A DNA stretch of 64,000 nucleotides from Candidatus Tayloriibacteriota bacterium (GCA_039934295.1 JBDTMN010000001.1:38091-102090); one strand, 5' to 3'; counted from the first letter of the stretch, positions 1-11,368 are shown. Numbers and translations are program-made. Notes: generated by a model from the letters alone, not told the origin.

Positions 1-464
1 CGGATGGCTCGGTAGATACAATCACGATTATTTTGGCAATTCAAAATATTGAAAATGCGCAGGGCGTTTTTGACGAGTGCGGAAGGGTGTTAAAAAAGGG
101 CGGCAAAATTTTTCTTGTTTTGAACCACCCCGCTTTCCGGATTCCCAAAAAATCGAGCTGGGGGTATGAAGAAGAGGTGAAAGTGCAATATCGGAGAGTG
201 GATGCTTATCTGTCGGAAGTGAAAGCGCAGATGGACATGGAGCCCGGCAAAAAAAACGGCAAAAAGACAGTCTCATTTCATCGCCCTTTACAAACCTATT
301 TCAAATTATTGACGAAAGCCGGATTTGTCGTCTCCCGGCTTGAAGAATGGACGGGGAATGCGAAGAGCGAGCCCGGGGCGCGAATGGAAGCCGAGAACCG
401 CGCGCGAAAAGAATTTCCCCTTTTTATGATGATTGAAGGAGTTAAATTAGGAGCTAATTTATAA
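1..464 (+). CDS. class I SAM-dependent methyltransferase, C-terminal part (5' end lies before the window)
   Basis: Frame open from the window start (DGSVDTITIILAIQN...ECGRVLKKGGKIFLVLNHP...FHRPLQTY), matching methyltransferase post-motif II/III patterns. Confidence 0.75.
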   Translation, partial: DGSVDTITIILAIQNIENAQGVFDECGRVLKKGGKIFLVLNHPAFRIPKKSSWGYEEEVKVQYRRVDAYLSEVKAQMDMEPGKKNGKKTVSFHRPLQTYFKLLTKAGFVVSRLEEWTGNAKSEPGARMEAENRARKEFPLFMMIEGVKLGANL

Positions 465-580
465 GCACGAAATTCGAAGCTCGAAATTCGAAAAAAATCT
501 AAATAAAAAAACGAATCATTTTCCCTATACATTTTGAATTTAGTTATTTTTCGAATTTCGGATTTCGTGCTTCGAATTTA
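463..580. repeat. intergenic inverted heptamer-repeat element (CGAAATT family)
   Basis: aagcacgaaattcgaagctcgaaattcg ... ttcgaatttcggatttcgtgcttcgaattt; related copies near 3801, 5895 and 9506. Confidence 0.8.
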
Positions 581-587
581 CTTAGAT

Positions 588-1148
588 ATGTCAAAAAGAA
601 CCAAAATTATATTGATTGTGATCCTCATCCTCGTAATCGGAGGTGTTTTCATCTACAAAAACAACTCCAAAGTCGTTTTTCGTAGCTTTGAAGAGTGCGC
701 AAAAGCCGGAAATATTATTCTCGAGAGCTACCCCCGCATGTGCCGGGGAAGCGACGGCACGTTGTTCGTCGAGAAAGTGACTCCGATTCCGACGCCCATG
801 GGGGACAAATCAAATCTGATTCGTGTAAGCAATCCAAAAGTGGACGAAATTATTTCAAGCCCGTTTCTTATAGAAGGAGAGGCGAGAGGGAATTGGTTTT
901 TTGAAGGTAGTTTTAGCGGAGAGCTTCTGGATGAGGGCGGTAAACGTATTTCGACTTTTATAGCGGAAGCGCAAGGCGAATGGATGACCACGGAATTTGT
1001 GCCATTCAAGTCTACTTTAGAATTTAAGAATCCGTGGACGCAAAAGGGCACTCTCATCTTCCACAAAGACAATCCATCGGACAAAAGGGAATTGGATGAC
1101 GAGCTTCGAGTTCCAGTAAAATTTGCCACAACTTCTACCTCTCATTAA
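588..1148 (+). CDS. membrane-anchored protein with Gmad2-type immunoglobulin-like domain
   Basis: N-terminal TM, SFEECAKAG..ESYPRMC module, then ISSPFLIEGEARGNWFFEGSF...WMTTEFVPF...KDNPS typical of Gmad2. Confidence 0.75.
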   Translation: MSKRTKIILIVILILVIGGVFIYKNNSKVVFRSFEECAKAGNIILESYPRMCRGSDGTLFVEKVTPIPTPMGDKSNLIRVSNPKVDEIISSPFLIEGEARGNWFFEGSFSGELLDEGGKRISTFIAEAQGEWMTTEFVPFKSTLEFKNPWTQKGTLIFHKDNPSDKRELDDELRVPVKFATTSTSH

Positions 1149-1177
1149 ATTTTTCAACTGCAGATTTACAATCTCAA

Positions 1178-1249
1178 GCTCCCATAGTTTAATGGATCGA
1201 ATGCGAGCCTCCGAAGTTCGCGATCCAGGTTCGATTCCTGGTGGGAGCA
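1178..1249 (+). tRNA. tRNA-Arg(CCG)
   Basis: GCTCCCA acceptor stem pairs with TGGGAGC; anticodon arm CGAGC-CTCCGAA-GTTCG; T-arm CCAGG-TTCGATT-CCTGG; no encoded CCA. Confidence 0.95.
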
Positions 1250-1590
1250 TAAATTTTACGCAGTAAATTTATGCTCCCAAGCAAGGTAACTACTTACCTT
1301 GCGTCCAGGAATCGAAGCCCGATTGAGCATTTTTTGGAATTTCTGAATGAACAAAAAATCCAATCGGGGTACTGAAGCTGTAAGCTTCGATTCCTGGTGG
1401 GAGCATAAATTTTACGCAGTAAATTTATGCTCCCAAGCAAGGTAACTACTTACCTTGCGTCCAGGAATCGAAGCCCGATTGAGCATTTTTTGGAATTTCT
1501 GAATGAACAAAAAATCCAATCGGGGTACTGAAGCTGTAAGCTTCGATTCCTGGTGGAGCCAAGCTACTTTGCTTGCGTCCAGGAATCGAA
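1230..1590 (+). repeat. tRNA-linked tandem repeat, 156-bp period, each unit starting with the tRNA 3' end
   Basis: ttcgattcctggtgg recurs at 1230, 1386 and 1542; two full identical units plus a truncated third. Confidence 0.9.
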
Positions 1591-1625
1591 AGAATTGAAT
1601 ATGTCCCTATGTTATACTAAATATA

Positions 1626-2498
1626 ATGAAGAAAGCTATAAAGAAAAAAAAGATTATCTACATCTCTGTCGCAATTGTTGCTGTCGTCATTTTATTTTTC
1701 CCCATTGGCGAGTCGTTTCTGGGGACGAGAGTGAGCAATGTCGAGAAAATAACGGGGGATTTTTTGGACTCTATCATTCCGGAGAAGATTGCCAACCCCG
1801 CTCCTTTGAAATTTTTTGGGGGGTCATTTGATTCCAAACTTTCGAGGGACGGCGTTCTTTTATACACCAACAATGAAAGAGTGGCTGGCGGAATTTTACC
1901 GCTTAAAATCAATACTAAACTCAATAGTGCCGCAGAGAAAAAACTTGACGAAATGTTTGCCGAGCAGTTTTTCGCTCACATTTCACCGGAGGGAATCGGC
2001 GCGCCGGAGTTGGCGAAAAGCGCCGGCTATGACTATATTGCAATCGGAGAGAATCTCGCCCTCGGGAATTTCGCTAACGATAGCGCGCTTGTGGCGGCAT
2101 GGATGGCAAGCCCCGGGCACAGAGCAAATATCCTCACAAAACGCTTTGAGGACATAGGCATTGCGGTCAGAAAAGGCACATTCGAGGGAAAAACTGCCTG
2201 GCTTGCCGTGCAGACTTTCGGAGTTCCGGCTTCTTCTTGCATATCCATCGATACGAGCCTAAAGCGGAAAATTGAAGATAATAAGGCCCGTCTTACTGTT
2301 CTTGAGCAAGATTTGGAAGCGAAAAAAAATGCGCTCGATGTCTCCGAGCCAAAATCGGGAAAAGAGTATAACGCAAAAGTTACGGGGTACAATGCCGTCG
2401 TGAATGAATACAATACGCTAGTGAAAAACACGCAGACCCTTATTGCATCCTACAATGCCGAAGTCAGGGAATATAATAAATGCGCGGAAGGAGTCTGA
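1626..2498 (+). CDS. CAP/SCP-domain protein with N-terminal anchor and C-terminal coiled coil
   Basis: TNNER...FAHISPEG...GENLA...WMASPGHRANIL CAP motifs. Confidence 0.9.
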   Translation: MKKAIKKKKIIYISVAIVAVVILFFPIGESFLGTRVSNVEKITGDFLDSIIPEKIANPAPLKFFGGSFDSKLSRDGVLLYTNNERVAGGILPLKINTKLNSAAEKKLDEMFAEQFFAHISPEGIGAPELAKSAGYDYIAIGENLALGNFANDSALVAAWMASPGHRANILTKRFEDIGIAVRKGTFEGKTAWLAVQTFGVPASSCISIDTSLKRKIEDNKARLTVLEQDLEAKKNALDVSEPKSGKEYNAKVTGYNAVVNEYNTLVKNTQTLIASYNAEVREYNKCAEGV

Positions 2499-2502
2499 AG
2501 AA

Positions 2503-2597
2503 GGTTGCAGGTGTAAGGTGTTAGGTGTAAGTCAATGAAGAAAAATCTCAAAATTTCTTACTATTTCTTACACCTAACACCTAAAAGCTAACACCTC
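2503..2597. repeat. inverted heptamer-repeat element (AGGTGT[A/T]) between convergent genes
   Basis: aggtgtaaggtgttaggtgtaag ... cttacacctaacacctaaaagctaacacct. Confidence 0.75.
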
Positions 2598-2605
2598 GGC
2601 TCCGA

Positions 2606-3784
2606 TTATCTTGTGTCTTTCATCGTAAGTGAAAATCGAAGACCATACAGCATTAGGATTCCTAAAAAAATGAAAAGGAATTTAATGTCAAAAAAAGCCA
2701 GAACTATTGTTGCGAGAATGGGACTTCCAAGATAAGCAATCGGGCGCATAGTTCTAAAGAAGCTCAAGGTATTCAAAGATGTGTCTGGCACTTTCTTGAA
2801 GAAATATATTTCGCTCATGACCTCTACCATGGCGGCGCCGATTCTAGTTCCAAGAAGAAGGCAAGTCCAAAGCAGAAAATTGTGCCCGGGAATAAAAATG
2901 ATAAGAGTGGTTGATATGGCCATGATGATAAATCCGATAGTGAGCATTTCCTTTTCCCCAAACCGAGTGTCTGCAAGTCTTCCCAAAGGCCAGTCAAGAA
3001 TGGGAAAAGCTAGGAGCATAATGGCAAACATGAGACTGATTTCGCTCCACGTAAAACCCACATTTTCGTAAAGATAGAGAGGAGTGTAAATCACCATCCA
3101 CGCGTAAAAAAATTGAAGCAAAAAATTCATGAGAAATACGTCAAGCACATTTTTGTTTTTCCACACTTCGGCCGAAGTTCTAAGTAAGGAGGAAGTATGA
3201 TACTGCGGGTCCTTGAATTTGCGAAACTGGCTTCCGAGAAGCCCAATAACGGGCAGTGCTAAAATAGCACTCGCAAGATATATTTTGGAATAATTGCCTG
3301 CGGCTAGTATGAAGCTCGCAAAAAGAGCGGAGATAACCCACGCGCTATTTGTGAAGGTAAGAAAGGTCCCTCTTACTTTTCCCGTTGAACGGACTGGGGA
3401 GAATTCTTCGAGAAAAATATCGATATTGAAGCTTACGAGCGAGATGATGACGAAATTTATAATGAAAGCGCCTTCGACAATATAGGGGTTATGACTCGTG
3501 GCAAGAATAACCAGCGAAATTGCCCCGACGACTGCGAGCGTAGTTGCTGTTTTGTAGTTTCCGAACTTCGAGAGTACTCTCGGAATCATTGAGAATGAGA
3601 CGATTGTTAACAGCGAAGAGAGAGCATACAGAAGTCCCACATAGCGCTCGGTGACAAAGCCCGAGAGAAATGTCGAATTTATGTACGCGGGAAGAGCGAT
3701 GTGGAGTGAAAAGAAAAAACCGATAAGATAGAGGGAGAAGAGGTTTCCGTTCAAGTTTTTTCTTAAAGAAAAGCGGAAAGACAT
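2606..3784 (-). CDS. MFS transporter
   Basis: About 12 hydrophobic segments; GRLADTRFGEK MFS loop motif. Confidence 0.9.
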   Translation of the reverse strand: MSFRFSLRKNLNGNLFSLYLIGFFFSLHIALPAYINSTFLSGFVTERYVGLLYALSSLLTIVSFSMIPRVLSKFGNYKTATTLAVVGAISLVILATSHNPYIVEGAFIINFVIISLVSFNIDIFLEEFSPVRSTGKVRGTFLTFTNSAWVISALFASFILAAGNYSKIYLASAILALPVIGLLGSQFRKFKDPQYHTSSLLRTSAEVWKNKNVLDVFLMNFLLQFFYAWMVIYTPLYLYENVGFTWSEISLMFAIMLLAFPILDWPLGRLADTRFGEKEMLTIGFIIMAISTTLIIFIPGHNFLLWTCLLLGTRIGAAMVEVMSEIYFFKKVPDTSLNTLSFFRTMRPIAYLGSPILATIVLAFFDIKFLFIFLGILMLYGLRFSLTMKDTR

Positions 3785-3800
3785 AAATTTGGACTTTAAA

Positions 3801-3931
3801 AAGCACGAAATCCGAAATTCGAAACTAGAAAAATATCTAAATTAGAAATTTTAAGCATGCTTTGATTCTACGTTTATTCTTTTTAAATGTTTTGGATTTT
3901 TTCGGATTTCGTGCTTCGGATTTCGGATTTC
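3801..3931. repeat. inverted heptamer-repeat element (CGAAATT family)
   Basis: aagcacgaaatccgaaattcg ... ttcggatttcgtgcttcggatttcggattt. Confidence 0.8.
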
Positions 3932-3958
3932 ATTTTTGGTAATTAGAAATTTTCAGGG

Positions 3959-5884
3959 TTATATTCCTAGAAGTACCGGTATCACAATCGGTCGTTTGGC
4001 TGTCTTTTGAAAAAGATACTTTGAAACCTCATCCGTGACATTTCCTTTTACGTAGTCGAAATTGATCGGGTTCATCCCTTTTGTCGACTGCTCAATCGTG
4101 TCTCTTATGATAAAGCGGGTCTGGCGCAGAAGTTCTTGGGATTCCCGAAGATAAACGAATCCGCGAGAAATCAGGTCCGGGGATTTGCGAAGTTTTCCCG
4201 TTGAAACATCAATCGTGGCGACGATCACGAACATTCCGTCCTGTGCAAGCATCTGCCGGTCTCGTATGACAACTTCTTGAATATCGCCAATCGCAAATCC
4301 GTCCACCATAACTATGCCTGAAGGCGCCTTTTCGGGCAGTCTCACCAATTTTTCGCCCTTATCGCGAATTTCCACAATCGTTCCATTGTCCGGCACAACG
4401 ATATTCTCCTCTTTCATTCCGAGATTCATCGCGAGCTCGGCGTGGAGCCGAAGCATGTAATGGTTGCCGTGGATCGGCATAAAGAATTTTGGCTTTATTT
4501 TTTTGTGGAGCCATTCAATTTCTCCACGATTGCCGTGTCCTGTGGAATGGATGAATACGTCTGATGTTCTGTAGTGGATTATTTTCGCACCCTGTCTCGC
4601 GATGTTGTCTTTGAGCTTCTGAACTGTTTTCTCGTTGCCCGGAATGATGGAAGAAGAAAGAAGAACGGTGTCTCTTTTGTTGAAACGGATGTGCTTGTGG
4701 CCTTGGGTAGACATTCGCATCAAAGCCGCAAATTCTTCTCCCTGAGCGCCGGTGGCAAGCACGATAATCCTGTCCGGAGGATAGTTCTCGATATTTTCGG
4801 AGGATATGAGGGTGTCTTTTTTTGCGTGGAGGATGCCGGCCTGGGTCGCAATCTCGATGTTGGTCTTCATGCTTCGGCCTTCCACTACGATTTTTTTATT
4901 GTAACGCTCCGCTATCTCGATGATTTTAATCATTCGCTCGAGTTGAGAAGCGAAGGTGCCGATAATGAGGCGTCCTTTTATATTTTTTATGATTTCTTCG
5001 AGATTTTTGTGAACCAATTTTTCGGGCGTTGAAAATCCCGGATTCTCGATATTCGTGGAGTCGGTCATGAATAAAAGCGTTTTTTCTTTTTCAAAGATTT
5101 TGTATTCTTCCTCTTCTTGGTCGGTCGGCACTCCGTTTACGTGATCCAGTTTGAAATCGCCCGGGTTCACGATAGAGCCGTATGGAGTTTCAATAATGAT
5201 ACCCATTGAGTCGGGAATCGTGTGGGTTACTGCAAAGAATCGGACGAGCATGCCTCCTATACGCACCCGATCTTCTTTCTCCACGATCTGAATGTTTAGG
5301 GGTGGCAAGTGCGGGAATTCTTGCTGTCTCTTTTGAATCATGATGGCGGTCAGGTTGCGGGTGTAGAGGGGGGGATTGCCGATTCTGTCCATGATGTAGG
5401 GGATGCCTCCGACGTGGTCGAGGTGTCCGTGAGTGATGACAAGAGCGCGGATTTTATGCTTCCGCTCTTCCAGATATCTCGTATTGGGGAGAATGTAGTC
5501 AATTCCCGGCGTCGCCTCTTCTTTAAATTGGAAGCCGGCGTCTAGGATGATGATGTCGTCTTTGTACTCGACGATTGTCATGTTTTTTCCCACTTCTTCC
5601 ACTCCGCCTAAGGGAATGATGCGTATGACGTCGTTACCTATTGGGGGAATGAGGTCATCCGCCTTGGGCCGAATCAGAGGTCTTGTACGGTGAAATCTTT
5701 TGTCCGCCGACATTCGGGACTTTTTTGGGGCATGCGTTTCCGAATGCGAGCCGAACAGCGGGTTTCTTTTGGGAGGACCCGCGGGATGCGGGCGTCTTAC
5801 CCCTCTTCCACGTTGAGCTCCTTCCGCGAATCCTCCTCTCCTAGCCTCTCCTGGTCTTTCGTTTCGTTGAATATTTTTTTCCAT
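3959..5884 (-). CDS. rnj: ribonuclease J
   Basis: PLGGVEEVGKNM, THGHLDH metallo-beta-lactamase motif, GAQGE, PIHG; basic low-complexity N-terminal extension; start placed at ATG 5884. Confidence 0.95.
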   Translation of the reverse strand: MEKNIQRNERPGEARRGGFAEGAQRGRGVRRPHPAGPPKRNPLFGSHSETHAPKKSRMSADKRFHRTRPLIRPKADDLIPPIGNDVIRIIPLGGVEEVGKNMTIVEYKDDIIILDAGFQFKEEATPGIDYILPNTRYLEERKHKIRALVITHGHLDHVGGIPYIMDRIGNPPLYTRNLTAIMIQKRQQEFPHLPPLNIQIVEKEDRVRIGGMLVRFFAVTHTIPDSMGIIIETPYGSIVNPGDFKLDHVNGVPTDQEEEEYKIFEKEKTLLFMTDSTNIENPGFSTPEKLVHKNLEEIIKNIKGRLIIGTFASQLERMIKIIEIAERYNKKIVVEGRSMKTNIEIATQAGILHAKKDTLISSENIENYPPDRIIVLATGAQGEEFAALMRMSTQGHKHIRFNKRDTVLLSSSIIPGNEKTVQKLKDNIARQGAKIIHYRTSDVFIHSTGHGNRGEIEWLHKKIKPKFFMPIHGNHYMLRLHAELAMNLGMKEENIVVPDNGTIVEIRDKGEKLVRLPEKAPSGIVMVDGFAIGDIQEVVIRDRQMLAQDGMFVIVATIDVSTGKLRKSPDLISRGFVYLRESQELLRQTRFIIRDTIEQSTKGMNPINFDYVKGNVTDEVSKYLFQKTAKRPIVIPVLLGI

Positions 5885-5894
5885 ATAGTTAGTA

Positions 5895-5985
5895 AAATTC
5901 GAAATCCGAAAAAACAAAGTCAAAAAAAAAGTAAAGTTTTGAATTTAGAATTTCTCGTTTTTTTCGAATTTCGTGTTTCGTGCTT
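5895..5985. repeat. inverted heptamer-repeat element (CGAAATT family)
   Basis: aaattcgaaatccgaaaa ... ttttcgaatttcgtgtttcgtgctt. Confidence 0.7.
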
Positions 5986-6018
5986 GCTTTGTTATTAATT
6001 AGTAGTTTTTTAGTGATT

Positions 6019-7758
6019 TTATCGAGCGAAAACTTTCCACACTTTATCTTCATTTATATACCATTCGTACACGTTCACAAATCTCTCCTCCGGCCTTACG
6101 ATTTCCTTCATCTTGAAATTTTTTACCCTTTTGGGAAGGATGTAAATATATTCGGGCGAATACAGAAACAATGCGGGGAGGTCCTTGCTGATTTCCTGTT
6201 GCACGACGTTGAGTTCAGCGAGTCTCCCAGTGCGGTCCAAAGTGGTGCGAGCCTCGGAGAGAGCCTTGTCGACTTTGCTGTTCGCGTAAAGAGCGATATT
6301 CAACCCAGGGTCGTTTCTCTCTGCCGAATGCCAGAAAGGATAAAGGTCCAAATCCCTCCCGACGATTTCTCCGAAAAGAAGCGCCTCATATTTTCTCGGT
6401 CTCAAAATGGTCTGATTGAAATCTCCCTGGTCAAAGACCTTGACGGTCACCTCTACGCCAATTTTTCTCCATTGCTCCTTGACCAGTTCTGCGGTTTGCG
6501 CAAGTTCGGGAGTGTTTGCGGTGGATATGCTGAACGCAAGTGGGGTGGAAGCTCCATCTTTGTCCTTCTTTTCTAAAATACCGCTTGCGTTTTTACTCCA
6601 CCCCGCGATGGTGAGAATTTTATTCGCTTTTTCAGTTCTCGACTCAATATCATCTTTCGTCTGGGGCAAAATTTGAGAATCCGGAATAAGTCCCGGGGGA
6701 ATAGGTCCCTCTATGGCGTCTCCAAATCCATGAAGTACTTTCGCTACGATTTCATCTCTATCAAGCGCAAGGTTGAGCGCCTCCCGAACTTTGATGTCCG
6801 CTAAAATTTCCGACTGATTCTGGTTGAAAAAAATTCCGAATACGCGGGGCAGGGGAGATTTGTGAATCTCCGCGTCTTTTGACACTATGAGCGAGGCATT
6901 CTCGCCGGAGATGGCATTTGCGGTATCGATTTCTCCTCTTTTGTAAGCTACCAGGAGATCGGCTTCTGTCGTGTAAAATTTGAGAATGATATTTTTTATT
7001 AGGGGTTCTCCGAGCGCATACTTGTCGAATGCTTCCAGTTTGTAATAAAGGGGAATACCTTCTTCATTTCTTTTCAGACTTTTCACTTTGTAGGGCCCAG
7101 AACCCACCGGCTCGGTATTAAACTGGCTGAAAGTAAACTGGTCTAGGTCGGCGTTTTTCCAGATATGTTCCGGCAAGATTCCCAACGTCATATTTTCAAG
7201 AAACGGGGTGTAGGGATTTTTCAAAGTGAATTTGATTGTTTTTTTGTCCACTTTTTCTATGGTGACGCCTTCCCATTTCACCCTCTCGGCGCTTTTTAAG
7301 GCCGGGTCAACTGCTTTTTTAATGGTGAACTCGATGTCATCCGTCGTCACCGGCTTCCCGTCATGGAAAAAGATATTGTCTTTGAGCACAAAGGTATACG
7401 TAAGTCCATTTTCTGAAATCGTATATTCTTTTGCCAGGTCGTTTATAAGCGTGCCATCGGGAGCGGCTTTCAAAAGGCCGGAGTAAATCAAGGCTCCCAT
7501 GTCTTCACCTGCATTTGTATACGAGAGAAGGGGATTCACAAGACGGGGAAAACCCACTACCCCTTCGACGAGCGTGCCTCCTCTTGCGGGAACAGTAACA
7601 ACGAAATTTTCATTTACCTGCCAAAGAAGGGCAAGCGCGCTTAACGTAAGGGTGATTGAGGCAAGCGCGAAAATGACCTTCTCGGTAATTGAGAAAGACT
7701 TTAGTATTGTCTTGCTTAGAGATAGTGAATTTGATTCGGATTCGATTGGAGGAGGCAT
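6019..7758 (-). CDS. peptide/nickel ABC transporter substrate-binding protein (family 5)
   Basis: GGTLVEG, YTFVLKDNIFFHDGKPVTTDDIEFT, PVGSGPY motifs; N-terminal TM anchor. Confidence 0.9.
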   Translation of the reverse strand: MPPPIESESNSLSLSKTILKSFSITEKVIFALASITLTLSALALLWQVNENFVVTVPARGGTLVEGVVGFPRLVNPLLSYTNAGEDMGALIYSGLLKAAPDGTLINDLAKEYTISENGLTYTFVLKDNIFFHDGKPVTTDDIEFTIKKAVDPALKSAERVKWEGVTIEKVDKKTIKFTLKNPYTPFLENMTLGILPEHIWKNADLDQFTFSQFNTEPVGSGPYKVKSLKRNEEGIPLYYKLEAFDKYALGEPLIKNIILKFYTTEADLLVAYKRGEIDTANAISGENASLIVSKDAEIHKSPLPRVFGIFFNQNQSEILADIKVREALNLALDRDEIVAKVLHGFGDAIEGPIPPGLIPDSQILPQTKDDIESRTEKANKILTIAGWSKNASGILEKKDKDGASTPLAFSISTANTPELAQTAELVKEQWRKIGVEVTVKVFDQGDFNQTILRPRKYEALLFGEIVGRDLDLYPFWHSAERNDPGLNIALYANSKVDKALSEARTTLDRTGRLAELNVVQQEISKDLPALFLYSPEYIYILPKRVKNFKMKEIVRPEERFVNVYEWYINEDKVWKVFAR

Positions 7759-7928
7759 TGAAGATAGTTATAAAGTGTAAAGAAGAAAGAGAAAAGCCAA
7801 AAAAAGATGCGAAAGATGCGGAGAGAATTGTATTTTTGATAGAACCTGAGTAGTTGGATGAAGTTCAAGGAGCCAGCGAGTAATGCGACCAAGCTGTAGT
7901 GCGATCTACTGCGCGGGAGTATACGGAG

Positions 7929-7990
7929 TCCGCCCGGATGCCAGCCCGACAGAGTCATTCTGGCGGGAATCCGTTCGGACGGGCTGGCGA
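7929..7990. repeat. nested GC-rich REP-like palindromes
   Basis: gcccgacagagtcattctggcggg nested in ccgcccggatg...ccgttcggacggg; shares gtcattc.ggcggg with the insert at 18308..18340. Confidence 0.55.
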
Positions 7991-8015
7991 CGAAGAAATT
8001 CGCCAACTACGCAGG

Positions 8016-8246
8016 TTATATGAGCAAAGCTACAAAGGCGCTCACTGCAAAAAGAATACCAATAATGATTGTTCCATTGAAAAGAGTTTTTTCAAATCCG
8101 CGCTTGGTATGGAATCCGCTCATATTGTTTGCTTCTCCGAAAGCGCCACCGAGACCGGAACTCGATTGCTGGAGGAGAACGCCCACGACGAGAAGCACAG
8201 ACAAAGCGATTTGTATGTATGGAAGAATTGCCGAGAGGGTATTCAT
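8016..8246 (-). CDS. secG: preprotein translocase subunit SecG
   Basis: LLQQSSSGLGGAFG...TKRGFEKTL with two TM helices. Confidence 0.9.
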   Translation of the reverse strand: MNTLSAILPYIQIALSVLLVVGVLLQQSSSGLGGAFGEANNMSGFHTKRGFEKTLFNGTIIIGILFAVSAFVALLI

Positions 8247-8321
8247 TACCAAGAAGAATAGCACAGCCCGAGATTTGAAGCAAATCTCGGGCTGTGCTCG
8301 AATCCAGATTCATGATTCAAG

Positions 8322-8356
8322 AAAAAAACCGCCGGAGCTAGGGTGCTCGGGCGGTT
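8322..8356 (-). terminator. Rho-independent terminator of the 8899-8361 gene pair
   Basis: aaccgcc...ggcggtt stem with a T-run on the minus strand. Confidence 0.7.
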
Positions 8357-8360
8357 GACA

Positions 8361-8615
8361 TCAATCGATCTCAATCTCGAAGAGTCTTCTGCGGATCACT
8401 GGAGGAATGACCGTACGAGGACGTAGTAGTTCTTGCAGATGATCCACCGTCCGGATTGCTTCAGGTTTTTTCCCAACCCAGAGAATCGGCTCATCTTCTG
8501 CACGTTCACCCTTTTCATCCACCCGATAAACTTGACCGAAGAAAGTTTGCATCGGAACATCCCATCCGACCAGGCATTCCACATCATCGGCAACGGAAAA
8601 TATTTCTTGCGACAT
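8361..8615 (-). CDS. hypothetical protein (84 aa)
   Basis: ATG preceded by AAGGGAAAG; followed by a terminator; VGWD..MQTFFGQV segment. Confidence 0.6.
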   Translation of the reverse strand: MSQEIFSVADDVECLVGWDVPMQTFFGQVYRVDEKGERAEDEPILWVGKKPEAIRTVDHLQELLRPRTVIPPVIRRRLFEIEID

Positions 8616-8638
8616 ATTTGCTTTCCCTTCACTTTTGA

Positions 8639-8899
8639 TTAGGTCGCCAAGGTGGGGCGTACCAGAAATTCAGAATAAGTGATTGCAGCTGACCCGCATC
8701 GCTCCAAGAAGACGGTCTGAATGTCTGTCCGTTCCTTGCGATGAGTGAACGAGGTGAAGCTGATAACTCGCTTGCCACTTCCTCCACAATCCTTGCAGAT
8801 GATGCCAGAACCGGTCGGGAGAGCTGCCGAGCTCGAGTAAATACCAGTTCCTCCGCAATCTCTGCATTCCGCATTCACTGTTACTTTGTTGTCCGTCAT
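8639..8899 (-). CDS. small protein with two DnaJ-type CxxCxGxG zinc-knuckle motifs
   Basis: CRDCGGTG and CKDCGGSG; GGAGG RBS before ATG 8899; TTGACA-type promoter upstream. Confidence 0.7.
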   Translation of the reverse strand: MTDNKVTVNAECRDCGGTGIYSSSAALPTGSGIICKDCGGSGKRVISFTSFTHRKERTDIQTVFLERCGSAAITYSEFLVRPTLAT

Positions 8900-9063
8900 A
8901 ATTCCTCCGTTTCCATTAGTAAGCTGGTCTCTTTTGATTGAGCCAGGGTTGTTGGGCTGATGTTTTCGAACGAGCAAAACGAATTTTACGTTATCACGTG
9001 TGGTAGATTTTGTCAAGTTGAAGAAAGCCAAAAAATGCCTATAATTAAGGCTATTAATCACGA

Positions 9064-9141
9064 AACGTGTAGCATGTAACATGTATCGTAAAAACGAGGG
9101 ATAAAGATTCTTCCCTTTTTTTCAGACGTTACACGTTACAT
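9064..9141. repeat. inverted heptamer-repeat element (TGTAACG family)
   Basis: aacgtgtagcatgtaacatgtatcg ... gacgttacacgttacat. Confidence 0.7.
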
Positions 9142-9153
9142 ATTTTTATTTCT

Positions 9154-9507
9154 ATGCCCAAAAAAGTAGCCAAAGAAAAAATGGTAAAAGCAGAAAAGGT
9201 GAGCGAGCCAAAGATAGCTGTCCGCCCACTTGCTGACCGAGTGCTTTTGAAGCCGATTTCGGCAGATGAAAAGAAAAGCACATCGGGCATTATCATTCCT
9301 GACACAGTTGAGAAAGAAAAGCCGGAACAAGGGAGAGTAGTAGCGGTTGGTGAAGGAAAAACGGACGACAATGGAAAACTTGTGCCAGTAAAAGTAAAAA
9401 TTGGCGATAAAGTATTGTTTTCCAAATACGGATTTGATGAGGTGAAAGTTGAGGGCGAGGAGTATTATATTATTAAGGAGGAAAATATATTGGCAGTCAT
9501 TAAATAA
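9154..9507 (+). CDS. groES: co-chaperonin GroES
   Basis: RPLADRVLLKP..STSGIIIPDT..EKPEQGRVVAVGEG..VKIGDKVLFSKY. Confidence 0.97.
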   Translation: MPKKVAKEKMVKAEKVSEPKIAVRPLADRVLLKPISADEKKSTSGIIIPDTVEKEKPEQGRVVAVGEGKTDDNGKLVPVKVKIGDKVLFSKYGFDEVKVEGEEYYIIKEENILAVIK

Positions 9508-9626
9508 GCACGAAATACGAAGCACGAAATTCGAAAAAATCAAAAAATTCTAAATCAAAAAATCTTCGTCTCATCTTTTTTGTATTTAACTATTTTTCGG
9601 ATTTCGAATTTCTGATTTCGAATTTT
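9506..9626. repeat. inverted heptamer-repeat element (CGAAATT family) inside the groESL operon
   Basis: aagcacgaaatacgaagcacgaaattcg ... ttcggatttcgaatttctgatttcgaattt. Confidence 0.8.
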
Positions 9627-9630
9627 TTAA

Positions 9631-11286
<1,656 letters not shown>

Positions 11287-11290
11287 AAGA

Positions 11291-11368
11291 GTGTAACGTG
11301 TAACTTGTAACGTAAGAAGGGGAGAAATTTTCTTTTCTGACGCTTCACGTTACACGTTTTGCGTTACA
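11291..11368. repeat. inverted heptamer-repeat element (TGTAACG family)
   Basis: gtgtaacgtgtaacttgtaacg ... cacgttacacgttttgcgttaca. Confidence 0.75.

Noticed and set aside
1230-1590. CRISPR array
   Set aside because: Units are fully identical 156-bp tandems derived from the tRNA end; no variable spacers.
8990-9153. CIRCE element before groESL
   Set aside because: TTAGCACTC-N9-GAGTGCTAA is not present.
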